Source: an uncultured Muribaculaceae bacterium (GTDB lineage: Bacteria > Bacillota_I > Bacilli_A > RF39 > UBA660). From it: a DNA stretch of 49,027 bases. The notes under the pieces are model-generated. The model saw nothing but the letters and a program-made list of their open reading frames with translations. It was not told the DNA's origin and made no database searches. A program made the translations under genes and the position numbers. Of this stretch, positions 27,345-36,555 are shown in pieces; within the stretch, counting starts at the first letter, position 1; each line of letters starts with the position of its first letter. The stretch is from positions 1-49,027 of the forward strand of contig CAZELY010000006.1 in assembly GCA_964513345.1 (NCBI GenBank), read 5' to 3'.

Positions 27345-28247
27345 TTATTTATTAATATATTTAACAGCCTCTAATGCTGCAGTGGCTCCATCAGATTCAG
27401 CAGTAACTAATTGCCTAACTAATTTAACGCGATTATCACCAGCTACAAAGATACCATCAACATTAGTATGACAATCTTCTTCTGCTATAACATAACCATA
27501 TTCATTTAATTTTATCAATTTAGCAAAATTTTGATTTTCTGGAATACGGCCAACAGCTACGAATAAACCGGCCACTTCAATCGTGTCTTTTTTATTGTTT
27601 TCATCAGTAATTTCAATTGCTTCTAATTTATCTTTACCAACTAATTTAGTAACAGCTGTATTAAATATACAAGCTATATTTTGTCTTCTTTTTAATTTTC
27701 TAATCAAAGCTTCCTCAGCCTTAAATTCATCACGTCTATGAATTAGGTAAACACTTTTAGCAATATCAGATAAATAAATTGCTTCTTGTAAAGCCGTGTT
27801 GCCGCCACCAACAACAGCAACGGTTTTTCTTTTATATAAATTTCCATCGCACGTTGCACAATAAGAAACGCCTTTTCCTACTAATTTATCTTCTTTTGGT
27901 AGTCCTAGTTTTCTATTATCTGCACCAGTTGCTAGAATAACGGTTTTTGATTGATACGTTTTTTTAGAAGATACTACTTCTTTGTAATCCTTATGATCGA
28001 TGATTTCCGTCACTTTTTCAAATTTAATTTCTGCTCCTAGATCTTTTGCCTGATTATATATTTTAGTAGCAAAATCATATCCAGATATATTAGGGCATGC
28101 TGGATAATTTTCAATATTGTCAGTTGTTATAATTTGGCCACCATAAGCAGTTGCCTCTAAAACAAGTACACTTTTTTTTGCCCTCGTTCCATATATAGCC
28201 GCTGTTAATCCAGCTGGACCAGCACCTACTACTATAATATCATACAC
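27345..28247 (-). CDS. trxB: Thioredoxin reductase
   Basis: GAGPAGLTAA, VSYCATCDG, VGGGNTA and FVAGD motifs. Confidence 0.97.
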   Translation of the reverse strand: MYDIIVVGAGPAGLTAAIYGTRAKKSVLVLEATAYGGQIITTDNIENYPACPNISGYDFATKIYNQAKDLGAEIKFEKVTEIIDHKDYKEVVSSKKTYQSKTVILATGADNRKLGLPKEDKLVGKGVSYCATCDGNLYKRKTVAVVGGGNTALQEAIYLSDIAKSVYLIHRRDEFKAEEALIRKLKRRQNIACIFNTAVTKLVGKDKLEAIEITDENNKKDTIEVAGLFVAVGRIPENQNFAKLIKLNEYGYVIAEEDCHTNVDGIFVAGDNRVKLVRQLVTAESDGATAALEAVKYINK

Positions 28248-28549
28248 TATTCCTCACCTACCATTTTTTCGATTTCTTCTTTTGGCTGCATACCAAAACT
28301 GCGGTTAACTTCTTGGCCATCTTTAAAAAGAATCAAACATGGTATTGACATAACTCCATATTTTTTAGCTAATTCCTCATTATTATCAACATCCACAGAG
28401 ACTATTTTAACCCCTTCAATTTCTTCTAAGATCGGCCTTAACATTCTACATGGACCACACCAATTTGCGTTAAAATCAACTAAGACTTTTTCTTGGGCAT
28501 TAATAACCTCATTATCAAAATTATCATTTGTGATTTCTTTAATTTCCAT
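28247..28549 (-). CDS. trxA: Thioredoxin
   Basis: WCGPC motif. Confidence 0.97.
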   Translation of the reverse strand: MEIKEITNDNFDNEVINAQEKVLVDFNANWCGPCRMLRPILEEIEGVKIVSVDVDNNEELAKKYGVMSIPCLILFKDGQEVNRSFGMQPKEEIEKMVGEE

Positions 28550-28646
28550 AACTATGCTCCTTCTATGTTAATGGTATCATAAACAGTATATAAAAGCAAT
28601 AAAACTTTATTCTAGTTGACACTAAAAAAGATAAACTAAGTTTATC

Positions 28647-29201
28647 TTAATAGTTATCATTTAAAATTTCAAAATAGGCTTTTGGATGTGCACAAACTGG
28701 GCAAATATCTGGTGCTTCTTCGCCATAGTGAATATGTCCACAATTACGGCAAATCCACATTTTTGGAACCTCTTTTTTAAATACTTTTTCTTCTTTAACA
28801 CTTTCTAATAGTTTTTTATATCTTTCTTCATGATGTTTTTCAATTTTACCAACTTCTTCAAACAAGAAAGCAATATCATCAAAACCTTCTTCTTTAGCTG
28901 TTTCGGCGAAATTTTTATACATGTCAGTCCATTCATAATTTTCACCCTCGGCAGCCATTTGTAAGGCTTCGATGGTATTAACCTTTAAACTATCTTTAAT
29001 CTCACCGCCAAATAATAATTTCAACCATAATTTAGCGTGCTCTTTCTCATTATTTGCCGTTTCTTCAAAAATAGCTGCGATTTGTTGATATCCCTCACTT
29101 TTAGCTGTTGAAGCAAAATAATTATATTTATTCCTTGCTTGACTTTCGCCAGCAAATGCAGCTTGTAAGTTTGCTTCTGTTTTACTTCCTTTTAATTCCA
29201 T
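28647..29201 (-). CDS. rbr: Rubrerythrin
   Basis: [26 protein letters not shown], and C-terminal CRNCG...CPVC rubredoxin domain. Confidence 0.96.
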   Translation of the reverse strand: MELKGSKTEANLQAAFAGESQARNKYNYFASTAKSEGYQQIAAIFEETANNEKEHAKLWLKLLFGGEIKDSLKVNTIEALQMAAEGENYEWTDMYKNFAETAKEEGFDDIAFLFEEVGKIEKHHEERYKKLLESVKEEKVFKKEVPKMWICRNCGHIHYGEEAPDICPVCAHPKAYFEILNDNY

Positions 29202-29235
29202 TTTTTCACTCCTTCTTTTTAATTATAACATAATC

Positions 29236-29961
29236 TTATTCAGATTGATATTCTTTAATAAGTTCATTATACTTATTTAAAGTATCGGTATTTTGAAAGA
29301 CAATTTTGCCATCTTCAATTTGCCATTTATTTTTATTACTTATAAGTAAATCGATAACTTTTTCTTCAGTCGTTAATATATTATTAATATTTTCACCAAT
29401 TTGTTTATATGTTTCTTGTGATTCAGAAAAATCTACTTTTTTTGTTTCTCCTAACATTAACTTTTTATATAAGTCAACATATGTCTTATCAAGCTTCTTT
29501 TCTTCTATTTTATTCATAATTTCTTCTTCTGTAGTCATTTGTGTAAGACGATTTAATTTTTCATTAAAACTCGTTTTCGTTGTTGATAAATACTCTTTAG
29601 TTTCCTTAAAATCAGGGCCATCTTTGGAATAATTATCAGCCGATAAAATATTTACAAGTTTTTCATCATCGGCTATTTTTAATAATTCTTTTAAATTTGT
29701 AGAATATTCATCTAAATATTCTTTGATAGTTTTTTCGACAACTGCATAATTTTTAGTTGTTTTAATGTTTGTATTGAAATTAGCATTTTCAAAATCTTGC
29801 TTAGCTAAATTAGAAATTTCTGTTTTTAATATACTCTCTTGTTTTAAATCACGAATCAATATAAAAGATACCACTGAAACAATTATTATTAAAATTCCCG
29901 CAATAATGCTAAATTTCATAATTGATTTATTATTCATTTTTACATTTATTTTTTCACCCAT
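29236..29961 (-). CDS. Membrane-anchored helical hypothetical protein
   Basis: Single N-terminal TM with helical ectodomain. Confidence 0.75.
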   Translation of the reverse strand: MGEKINVKMNNKSIMKFSIIAGILIIIVSVVSFILIRDLKQESILKTEISNLAKQDFENANFNTNIKTTKNYAVVEKTIKEYLDEYSTNLKELLKIADDEKLVNILSADNYSKDGPDFKETKEYLSTTKTSFNEKLNRLTQMTTEEEIMNKIEEKKLDKTYVDLYKKLMLGETKKVDFSESQETYKQIGENINNILTTEEKVIDLLISNKNKWQIEDGKIVFQNTDTLNKYNELIKEYQSE

Positions 29962-30054
29962 ATTTTATCCTCCCAAGTAATATTATAGCAGTTTTTAATT
30001 ATCCAGTAAATAATTTGTCATATATTTTATAATAAAAAAGATAGTTCAAATGAA

Positions 30055-31146
30055 CTATCTTCCATTATTTATAATTTTACCAAAGTTTTCATATTTAAGA
30101 ATATATCTATATGCAGTGTGACCATAAATAATTATGAACCATGATTCTAAATCTTCACGAATTTCTGTACAGATAATTGGTGAATGTAATTCTTCTTCGA
30201 TATCAACTAAGTCATTGAATTGTTTGATTGCAACTACATCGTACTTAGTAAGATCTGGTAAGTTTTCACTTTCTGCTACGATATCGCCATATTCTTTCAA
30301 TATCTTATTCAATTGAAGTATATATTCAGATTTCTTAGTAGCAGTTAATAATTTAGAAGCAACTGCTTTTAGCATAACTAGTGAGAATAATAATAGTAAT
30401 ACGCCAAATGCTAGTAAAGGAATATTTATACCTTTAGTTTCTGAAGCATCAGTTGTTACAACTTGTCGACCACTATTTACATATTCTGGTTTTAATTGAA
30501 CTGTTGATTTCAATAATGGAATTTGTAATCCCATAACATTGCTTTCATTTAAAGTTGTACTTTTCCCTGGAAGGCCTCCGGTAACTTCAATTTTGAAAGC
30601 AAGATCAACGCGACCATCAATTGATAAACCAAACTCATTTCTAAAATCAGTTAAAATCTTATTATATGTATTATAGTCAAGGTTAACAGTTTTATCAATG
30701 TTAATAGCCTTACCAGTTCCAGTTTTAGTTTCAGCAGGCGCAATTTGATAAACTTTTGACCAAACATCATTAGCTTTACCATCAGCTTCGGCATAAATAC
30801 CTTTAGCTGTCGCTATTACCTCATATTTATAAGTATATTCAACATCTTTCGTAGTTTCTAAATTGTATTTTGCATTTACTTCAATACGATCAATAAGTGA
30901 TGCAATATACTGCTTATTCATTCCCATATAAGGAGCATTGAAAAACTGATTCTGTTTAATATAAACTTTATAATTCATATTGCTATTATAGCTATAAGCA
31001 TATAACTCTTGACTTGGGCCGCTATCCCGTTTAACACTCTTATAGATTAAGAATATTGAAAATATTAAAGCTATCAATACTAAAATAACCATAAAAACCT
31101 GAATCCATTGTTTCAGAATGATTTTACTCTCATTTTTTGTATTCAT
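30055..31146 (-). CDS. DUF5305-like membrane protein
   Basis: N-terminal TM, beta-rich ectodomain, second TM, and C-terminal FNDLVDIEEELHSPI domain; adjacent to the signal peptidase gene. Confidence 0.65.
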   Translation of the reverse strand: MNTKNESKIILKQWIQVFMVILVLIALIFSIFLIYKSVKRDSGPSQELYAYSYNSNMNYKVYIKQNQFFNAPYMGMNKQYIASLIDRIEVNAKYNLETTKDVEYTYKYEVIATAKGIYAEADGKANDVWSKVYQIAPAETKTGTGKAINIDKTVNLDYNTYNKILTDFRNEFGLSIDGRVDLAFKIEVTGGLPGKSTTLNESNVMGLQIPLLKSTVQLKPEYVNSGRQVVTTDASETKGINIPLLAFGVLLLLFSLVMLKAVASKLLTATKKSEYILQLNKILKEYGDIVAESENLPDLTKYDVVAIKQFNDLVDIEEELHSPIICTEIREDLESWFIIIYGHTAYRYILKYENFGKIINNGR

Positions 31147-31169
31147 AATTACCTCTCCCTCTTATTCTT

Positions 31170-32312
31170 TTAAGATACCATACCGCTTAACCAAACAGAT
31201 GGGTAACCGATAAATGGAATCACACATGACACTTTACCAACAACATTTTCTAATTTAACCTTTCCAGCATCACTAGTGTTGTTAGCATCACCTTTGGTTA
31301 TAAACAACTTGTTTCCATATTCATCATTAGCAACTTCAACAATACGGTGAACTACGTATTTTGAACCACTAACAAATTGAATAACATCATTTTTATCTAA
31401 TTCATCTTTTTCTTGAGTATTTAATTTCTTAACAATAACAGCATCTCCTCGATTAAAGGTTGGGCTCATACTACCCGATAATACCGCAATTGGTTGATAT
31501 TTGAAAACTCCTATTACAAAACAAACTACAACACCCACAAATACAAAAGTAGGTATATATACTACTGGATTATATTTCCTCTTTGTTCGCCTTGACATAC
31601 GTTCATTTTTACTTACGTGAACATAATTTAAATATACAAATATCGCAAGTGGAACACTGATACCAAGTACTGATGTTACAAACCAATCAAGCCCAGGAAT
31701 TATTGGTAAAATAAATTCTGGTACCGTCATAAATAAACGATAAATAATTGGTAACCTCGATCCACCAATATATGACAAATATGTCAATACTCCGCCTGTT
31801 ACAAATAATGGAATCAATGTTGAAGTTACATATATAAATGTTTCCTTAATATCAGTAAAATGCTCAAACATTGATGAAAATGAAATATTAACTAAAACAA
31901 AGAAAATAGTTACAGCAACATAATTAAGAGCTTTCTTGTTTTCAATACGAATAATAGCATTTCTGATATATTCTTGAAAGAAAATTATGCCAGCAAATGA
32001 CCACAAATTCTTTAAAATGCTAAATATTTGTTTAGAATATGGTGTCCTTTGATACCCAAAAATTAATCCTAACAAGAAATAAAATATTAAATATATAATT
32101 AACGCTATTATTAAACTTTGAGTTTTGTTGCCTTCATCTTTTACTCTTAATGTCTCGCCTTCACTCAAAAATACCGCGACTGCACAAATGCCAATCCACA
32201 ACAAAGGGTTAATAACTTCGTTATATAGCGGAATGCTAGTTGGTGAAAGCACAAATATATTAAGTAACAAATATACAATTAATAGCGCATATAATATAAA
32301 GTGTTTCCTCAT
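31170..32312 (-). CDS. SipW/ER-type signal peptidase I with multi-TM N-terminal extension
   Basis: AVLSGSMSPTF, RGD, VVHRI, TKGDAN and VVGKV (Ser-His dyad type). Confidence 0.9.
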   Translation of the reverse strand: MRKHFILYALLIVYLLLNIFVLSPTSIPLYNEVINPLLWIGICAVAVFLSEGETLRVKDEGNKTQSLIIALIIYLIFYFLLGLIFGYQRTPYSKQIFSILKNLWSFAGIIFFQEYIRNAIIRIENKKALNYVAVTIFFVLVNISFSSMFEHFTDIKETFIYVTSTLIPLFVTGGVLTYLSYIGGSRLPIIYRLFMTVPEFILPIIPGLDWFVTSVLGISVPLAIFVYLNYVHVSKNERMSRRTKRKYNPVVYIPTFVFVGVVVCFVIGVFKYQPIAVLSGSMSPTFNRGDAVIVKKLNTQEKDELDKNDVIQFVSGSKYVVHRIVEVANDEYGNKLFITKGDANNTSDAGKVKLENVVGKVSCVIPFIGYPSVWLSGMVS

Positions 32313-32426
32313 ATTATAACCCCTTCTATTAATATTCAACCCCTACTATAACTATCATATATAATTATAACATAACTTTTTATTATTGACAATCAAATTC
32401 TTTTGATTTTTTCATTTTTAGAGCCA

Positions 32427-32451
32427 AAAAAGATTGCACGCACAATCTTTA
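32427..32451 (-). terminator. Terminator after second fibre gene
   Basis: AAGATTG-TGCGTG-CAATCTT followed by T-run on the minus strand. Confidence 0.6.
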
Positions 32452-33084
32452 AACTTGCGAATAATTAATAGTAATATTTAATGTACCTGTTTCTTCCATT
32501 TCCATGTTTCCAGTACTAGCAGGTGTCCAAGTACCATTATTATTTGTACATGCCTCTTGGGTAGTTGAAATGCCGTCACTACAACTAGCCGCAACAGTAT
32601 CAACAAAATCAGCTCTAACTGTCATTGTCGTTGTACCACCTGGAGCTAAAGTACTTGTTGATGGTGCGGTAACTGTAAATTTTACATGCCCTTGAGTAGC
32701 AGTCAAACCATTAATTGTAAAATCGTTACCAGATAATGTTGGTGCTGCAGCCACAGCTGAAAGCGTACCACCATTAATTATTCTTAGCGTAAATATTATA
32801 TAGTCACCCGGTTGATTTAAATCAGCGTGTAATTGTGCTGTTAAAGGTTTGTCACCGTTGCCATAAGTTAATGTCCCAGAAGGGGCAATACCAACAGCCG
32901 GTGTTGATGGTGCAATATCAGCATTTACTTGTGCTGCTTTATCAAAATGTACATCCCAATTTGATGTAATCTGCGCCGAACCTGTAATTTGTAATTGTGT
33001 TGCAAAGGCAGCATAACCTACTGCCATTACTAATACTATAGCAAGTAATCCGGCAATTAAAATATTCTTTTGTCTTGTTTCCAT
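32449..33084 (-). CDS. SipW-dependent signal-peptide protein (TasA/CalY-like fibre subunit)
   Basis: KNILIAGLLAIVLVMAVGYAAF leader; Thr/Gly-rich beta body with PGD...NGGT; one Cys pair. Confidence 0.75.
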   Translation of the reverse strand: METRQKNILIAGLLAIVLVMAVGYAAFATQLQITGSAQITSNWDVHFDKAAQVNADIAPSTPAVGIAPSGTLTYGNGDKPLTAQLHADLNQPGDYIIFTLRIINGGTLSAVAAAPTLSGNDFTINGLTATQGHVKFTVTAPSTSTLAPGGTTTMTVRADFVDTVAASCSDGISTTQEACTNNNGTWTPASTGNMEMEETGTLNITINYSQV

Positions 33085-33186
33085 AACCATTCTCCTAACT
33101 TTATTATTCCCTATCTTATACTTATATGGTATCACATAAAATATTTAATATCAATATGTTTTATTCAATTTAATGTTTTTTGACAA

Positions 33187-33210
33187 AAAAAAGATTACGA
33201 AAGTAATCTT
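33187..33210 (-). terminator. Terminator between the two fibre genes
   Basis: AAGATTAC-TTTC-GTAATCTT followed by T-run on the minus strand. Confidence 0.65.
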
Positions 33211-33218
33211 AATTTTCA

Positions 33219-33800
33219 TTATGAAGTAACTTGTTCATAGTCAATTACAAGTGTAGCAGTTTTACTAACACTTGCTGGTTGTGTGCTACTATCTGCAGGA
33301 TCATATGTAACTGTTACAGTCATTGTAGTTTCAGCTCCTGGTGTTAATGTACTAGCACTATTTGCAAAGTTGTAGCTATACTTAATTGGCTCATCACCAG
33401 CAGTTGTGTCTTCTACTTGTGGATTTGCAGCAGCATCTTGAATCCATTTGATACCATTTGTTTTAACTCTAGCAGGTAAAGTTCCACGGTTCTTAATCGT
33501 TATTGTATAAGTAACAGTGTCGCCCGGTGTTTTTAAGTTAGTGTTAAAGGTTGCTGTTGTAGCTGTATTACTGTGTGAAATATCGCCTGATTGTGGATAT
33601 ACAAGACGTCCATTTACAGTTGTTTGTTCACCAGCAGAAGCACTTGGTGTAACTGAAATTATTGCTACATCCCATTGTGAATCAACACTAGCTGTACCAG
33701 TAATTTGTAATTGCGTTGCAAACGCAGCATAACCTACTGCCATTACTAATACTATAGCAAGTAGTCCTCCTATCAAAATATTCTTTTGTTTTGCATCCAT
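33219..33800 (-). CDS. SipW-dependent signal-peptide protein (TasA/CalY-like fibre subunit), paralogue
   Basis: KNILIGGLLAIVLVMAVGYAAF leader and PGDTVTYTITIKNRGTL. Confidence 0.75.
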   Translation of the reverse strand: MDAKQKNILIGGLLAIVLVMAVGYAAFATQLQITGTASVDSQWDVAIISVTPSASAGEQTTVNGRLVYPQSGDISHSNTATTATFNTNLKTPGDTVTYTITIKNRGTLPARVKTNGIKWIQDAAANPQVEDTTAGDEPIKYSYNFANSASTLTPGAETTMTVTVTYDPADSSTQPASVSKTATLVIDYEQVTS

Positions 33801-33924
33801 ACTATCATCCTTTCTATCTTAAATTCACTTTGGCAGTACACATTACCCTACCATCTCTTACATCATAGCACAAATGAAAAAAGTTATCAAGAATTTTTAA
33901 ATAAAAAGTAGTTTATTTCATAAA

Positions 33925-35589
33925 CTACATTTTTTCTGGAATATTTATACCTAACAATTTCAACAAAGTTTCAATTATCTTATTGTTAAAATTAAGAATT
34001 ATTTCAAAGTCATTTTTCTGAGTTCCTTCTAAACCAAGGACTCTATTATTTTGATAAAAATTATTAGCAGATACTGATAAATCATATAAATAATTGGCAA
34101 TATAATGCGGTTTTCTATCTCTAGCAGCTGTATTGATTGTATCACTTACTTCCAAAAGTTTTAATCTTAAATTACGATCAGTTTCACTATATATTTTGTC
34201 AGATAAAACGCCATTGTTATCACTAATTATTTTATTAATACGCAAATATGTATACAAAATATATGGTCCTGTTTTTCCATTAACTTCACTAAATTTTTTA
34301 ATGTCAAAAATATAATTATGCTCTAAATCGTTTTGCATATCAGCAAACTTAATAATTGCATTGACAATTTTATCGATGTCCTCATCATTCATGCTTTTGT
34401 TTTCTTCTCTTAAACTTATAAACTCAGTTCTAACTTCGTTAATCAAATCTTGTAATCTCATTGTTCCGCCACTACGTGTTTTAAATGGTTTATTGTCAGT
34501 GCCATTAACAGTTCCAAAACCATAATGTTCTAAATTTGCTGTAGTTAGTTTACACTTTCTAGCGGCTCTAAACACTTGCATGAAATGCATGTTTTGACGA
34601 TTATCAGTTATATAAATCATATTGTCAGGTTTGAAATCGCTTTCACGTTGTAAAATGGTTCCTAAATCAGCTGTAGCATATAAATAAGCGCCATCACTTT
34701 TTTGAATTAAACATGGAGGAACTTCTATTTTGTCACTTTCTTCTTTAACAAATATAACTTTTGCCCCATCATCTTCTTTTAAAACATCTTCTTTTTCAAA
34801 TATCGAAAATAATTTATCAAATTCTTTATAAGAATCGCTTTCGCCATACCAATAATCAAAGTGGACATCTAAATAATTATAAATACTTTTAATATCTGAA
34901 ATTGAAAGGTCATGAATTCTTTGCCATAGTTTTTTATATAACACATTTCCGTTTTGAAGGTCTTTTGTTATTTTTAGACACTCAGCTTTAATTTCTTCAT
35001 TTTCTTTGCATAAAGAACTTATTTTAGGATATGTTTTATTTAAATATTCTAAATCAAATTCAGCTGTTTCAGGATTTTCAAAATCATTTAAAATACCATA
35101 AATAACTTGACCCATCTGTGTTCCAATATCACCTAAGTGAACATCCGCAATAGTATTATTCCCAACAAATTTTAAAATATTGTTAATGGCTTGGCCTAAA
35201 ATAGCTGATCTTAAATGGCCAACATGTAATGGCTTAGCAACATTAGGTCCACCATAATCTAAAACAATTGTCTTAGAATCTTTGTTAGCTCCTAAAATTT
35301 CTTTTTTCATTAGCTTACGTAGTTCTTCACAAATATAATAGTCACTTACTTTTATATTGATAAATCCTGGATTAGCAAAACTAACTTCCTTAAAATATTT
35401 ATCAAAATCATCAATATTATTTATTTTATTGACTACTTCTTCACCAATTTCCTTTGGTGCTTTGTGATAAAGTTTTGCCAATTTAAATAAATCGTCACAC
35501 TGAAAATCCGCATCTTTATTAGATTTGATAACTTTAGTATCATTATCATACCCTAATTCTTTAAATACGGCATTAAATATTTCTTTCAT
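33925..35589 (-). CDS. argS: Arginine-tRNA ligase
   Basis: DYGGPNVAKPLHVGHLRS, GESDSY, KSDGAYLYAT, FKTRSG and GPYILY motifs. Confidence 0.97.
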   Translation of the reverse strand: MKEIFNAVFKELGYDNDTKVIKSNKDADFQCDDLFKLAKLYHKAPKEIGEEVVNKINNIDDFDKYFKEVSFANPGFINIKVSDYYICEELRKLMKKEILGANKDSKTIVLDYGGPNVAKPLHVGHLRSAILGQAINNILKFVGNNTIADVHLGDIGTQMGQVIYGILNDFENPETAEFDLEYLNKTYPKISSLCKENEEIKAECLKITKDLQNGNVLYKKLWQRIHDLSISDIKSIYNYLDVHFDYWYGESDSYKEFDKLFSIFEKEDVLKEDDGAKVIFVKEESDKIEVPPCLIQKSDGAYLYATADLGTILQRESDFKPDNMIYITDNRQNMHFMQVFRAARKCKLTTANLEHYGFGTVNGTDNKPFKTRSGGTMRLQDLINEVRTEFISLREENKSMNDEDIDKIVNAIIKFADMQNDLEHNYIFDIKKFSEVNGKTGPYILYTYLRINKIISDNNGVLSDKIYSETDRNLRLKLLEVSDTINTAARDRKPHYIANYLYDLSVSANNFYQNNRVLGLEGTQKNDFEIILNFNNKIIETLLKLLGINIPEKM

Positions 35590-35599
35590 TTTATGCCTC

Positions 35600-36040
35600 C
35601 TAAATAATCTTTTTTAAAACTTTTGCTGAACTACTATTTAATATTTCAAACCACTTATCTCTTCTTTGCATAATGCTTTCGCGAAGTTGTTCAGCAACCT
35701 CATGATCAATGCCCTCTTTATATTCTAAATAATCGACAAACTTTTTTGCTTCGTCGAAAGAATCTTCAAGATCATCATCAACAGGATCGTCATATCCAGA
35801 ATATGTAAGCCAACTTATAAGGCAGTCTTCTTCATCAATGCCATAGTTTTCAATATAAGCAACTTCGTAACAATATGGCAAAATAGCATCATGCTGCTGT
35901 TTGAAATTACCTTGTTCCCAAACTGCTTCTATCATGTCATAATCACCACATGTTCGACATATTTCTGTAATTAGTTTAGGGTCAGCAGTTGTTATATAAT
36001 GACTACCATCGATATGATCTTTAACTAAATATTCAAACAT
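35600..36040 (-). CDS. Hypothetical acidic protein with CxxC
   Basis: EICRTCGDYD motif; GGAG RBS. Confidence 0.7.
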   Translation of the reverse strand: MFEYLVKDHIDGSHYITTADPKLITEICRTCGDYDMIEAVWEQGNFKQQHDAILPYCYEVAYIENYGIDEEDCLISWLTYSGYDDPVDDDLEDSFDEAKKFVDYLEYKEGIDHEVAEQLRESIMQRRDKWFEILNSSSAKVLKKII

Positions 36041-36116
36041 CGATACTTCTCCTTTTGATTTATTATAACATTACTGTAAAATAAAAGCAAAGAAATAATC
36101 TTTGCTTATAAAATAT

Positions 36117-36551
36117 TTATTTGCAAGTATAACCAATATTTTTTAATTTAGCAAAATATTTAATCGAATTTTTCTTGATATTAAGTTCATCGAGTTGTTC
36201 TTTTTTTAATTTTGAAACATCAAAATAATATTTTAGAACATACAAATCTTTTTTATTTTCTGGATTAGTTATTTTTATGTATTTTGATTTAAGTAAATTA
36301 TTATTATAATTGCCAAGTGATTTTTTGATACCATCAATAACTAGATTACCATTACTATTTCGAGCTTTATATGTTCTTGTTGAAATAACTTCTAAAACTT
36401 CATCGTTGTTATTATAAGTAACATCAAGTTTTTCATTATCAATAATATTTTCCGACAAAATTTCTTTAGTACAAGTTTTTGTGAATTCTTCACTTTTTGC
36501 TTCGCATCCTACTAATAAAATTGGAATTATTAATAAAATTAATTTTTTCAT
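36117..36551 (-). CDS. Lipoprotein
   Basis: MKKLILLIIPILLVGC lipobox; Cys near both ends of the mature chain. Confidence 0.85.
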   Translation of the reverse strand: MKKLILLIIPILLVGCEAKSEEFTKTCTKEILSENIIDNEKLDVTYNNNDEVLEVISTRTYKARNSNGNLVIDGIKKSLGNYNNNLLKSKYIKITNPENKKDLYVLKYYFDVSKLKKEQLDELNIKKNSIKYFAKLKNIGYTCK

Positions 36552-36555
36552 GATT

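Noticed and set aside
33800-33870. Possible c-di-GMP riboswitch in the fibre-gene leader
   Set aside because: Only a short GGTAG/CTGCC hairpin; no class I or II conserved motifs recognised.
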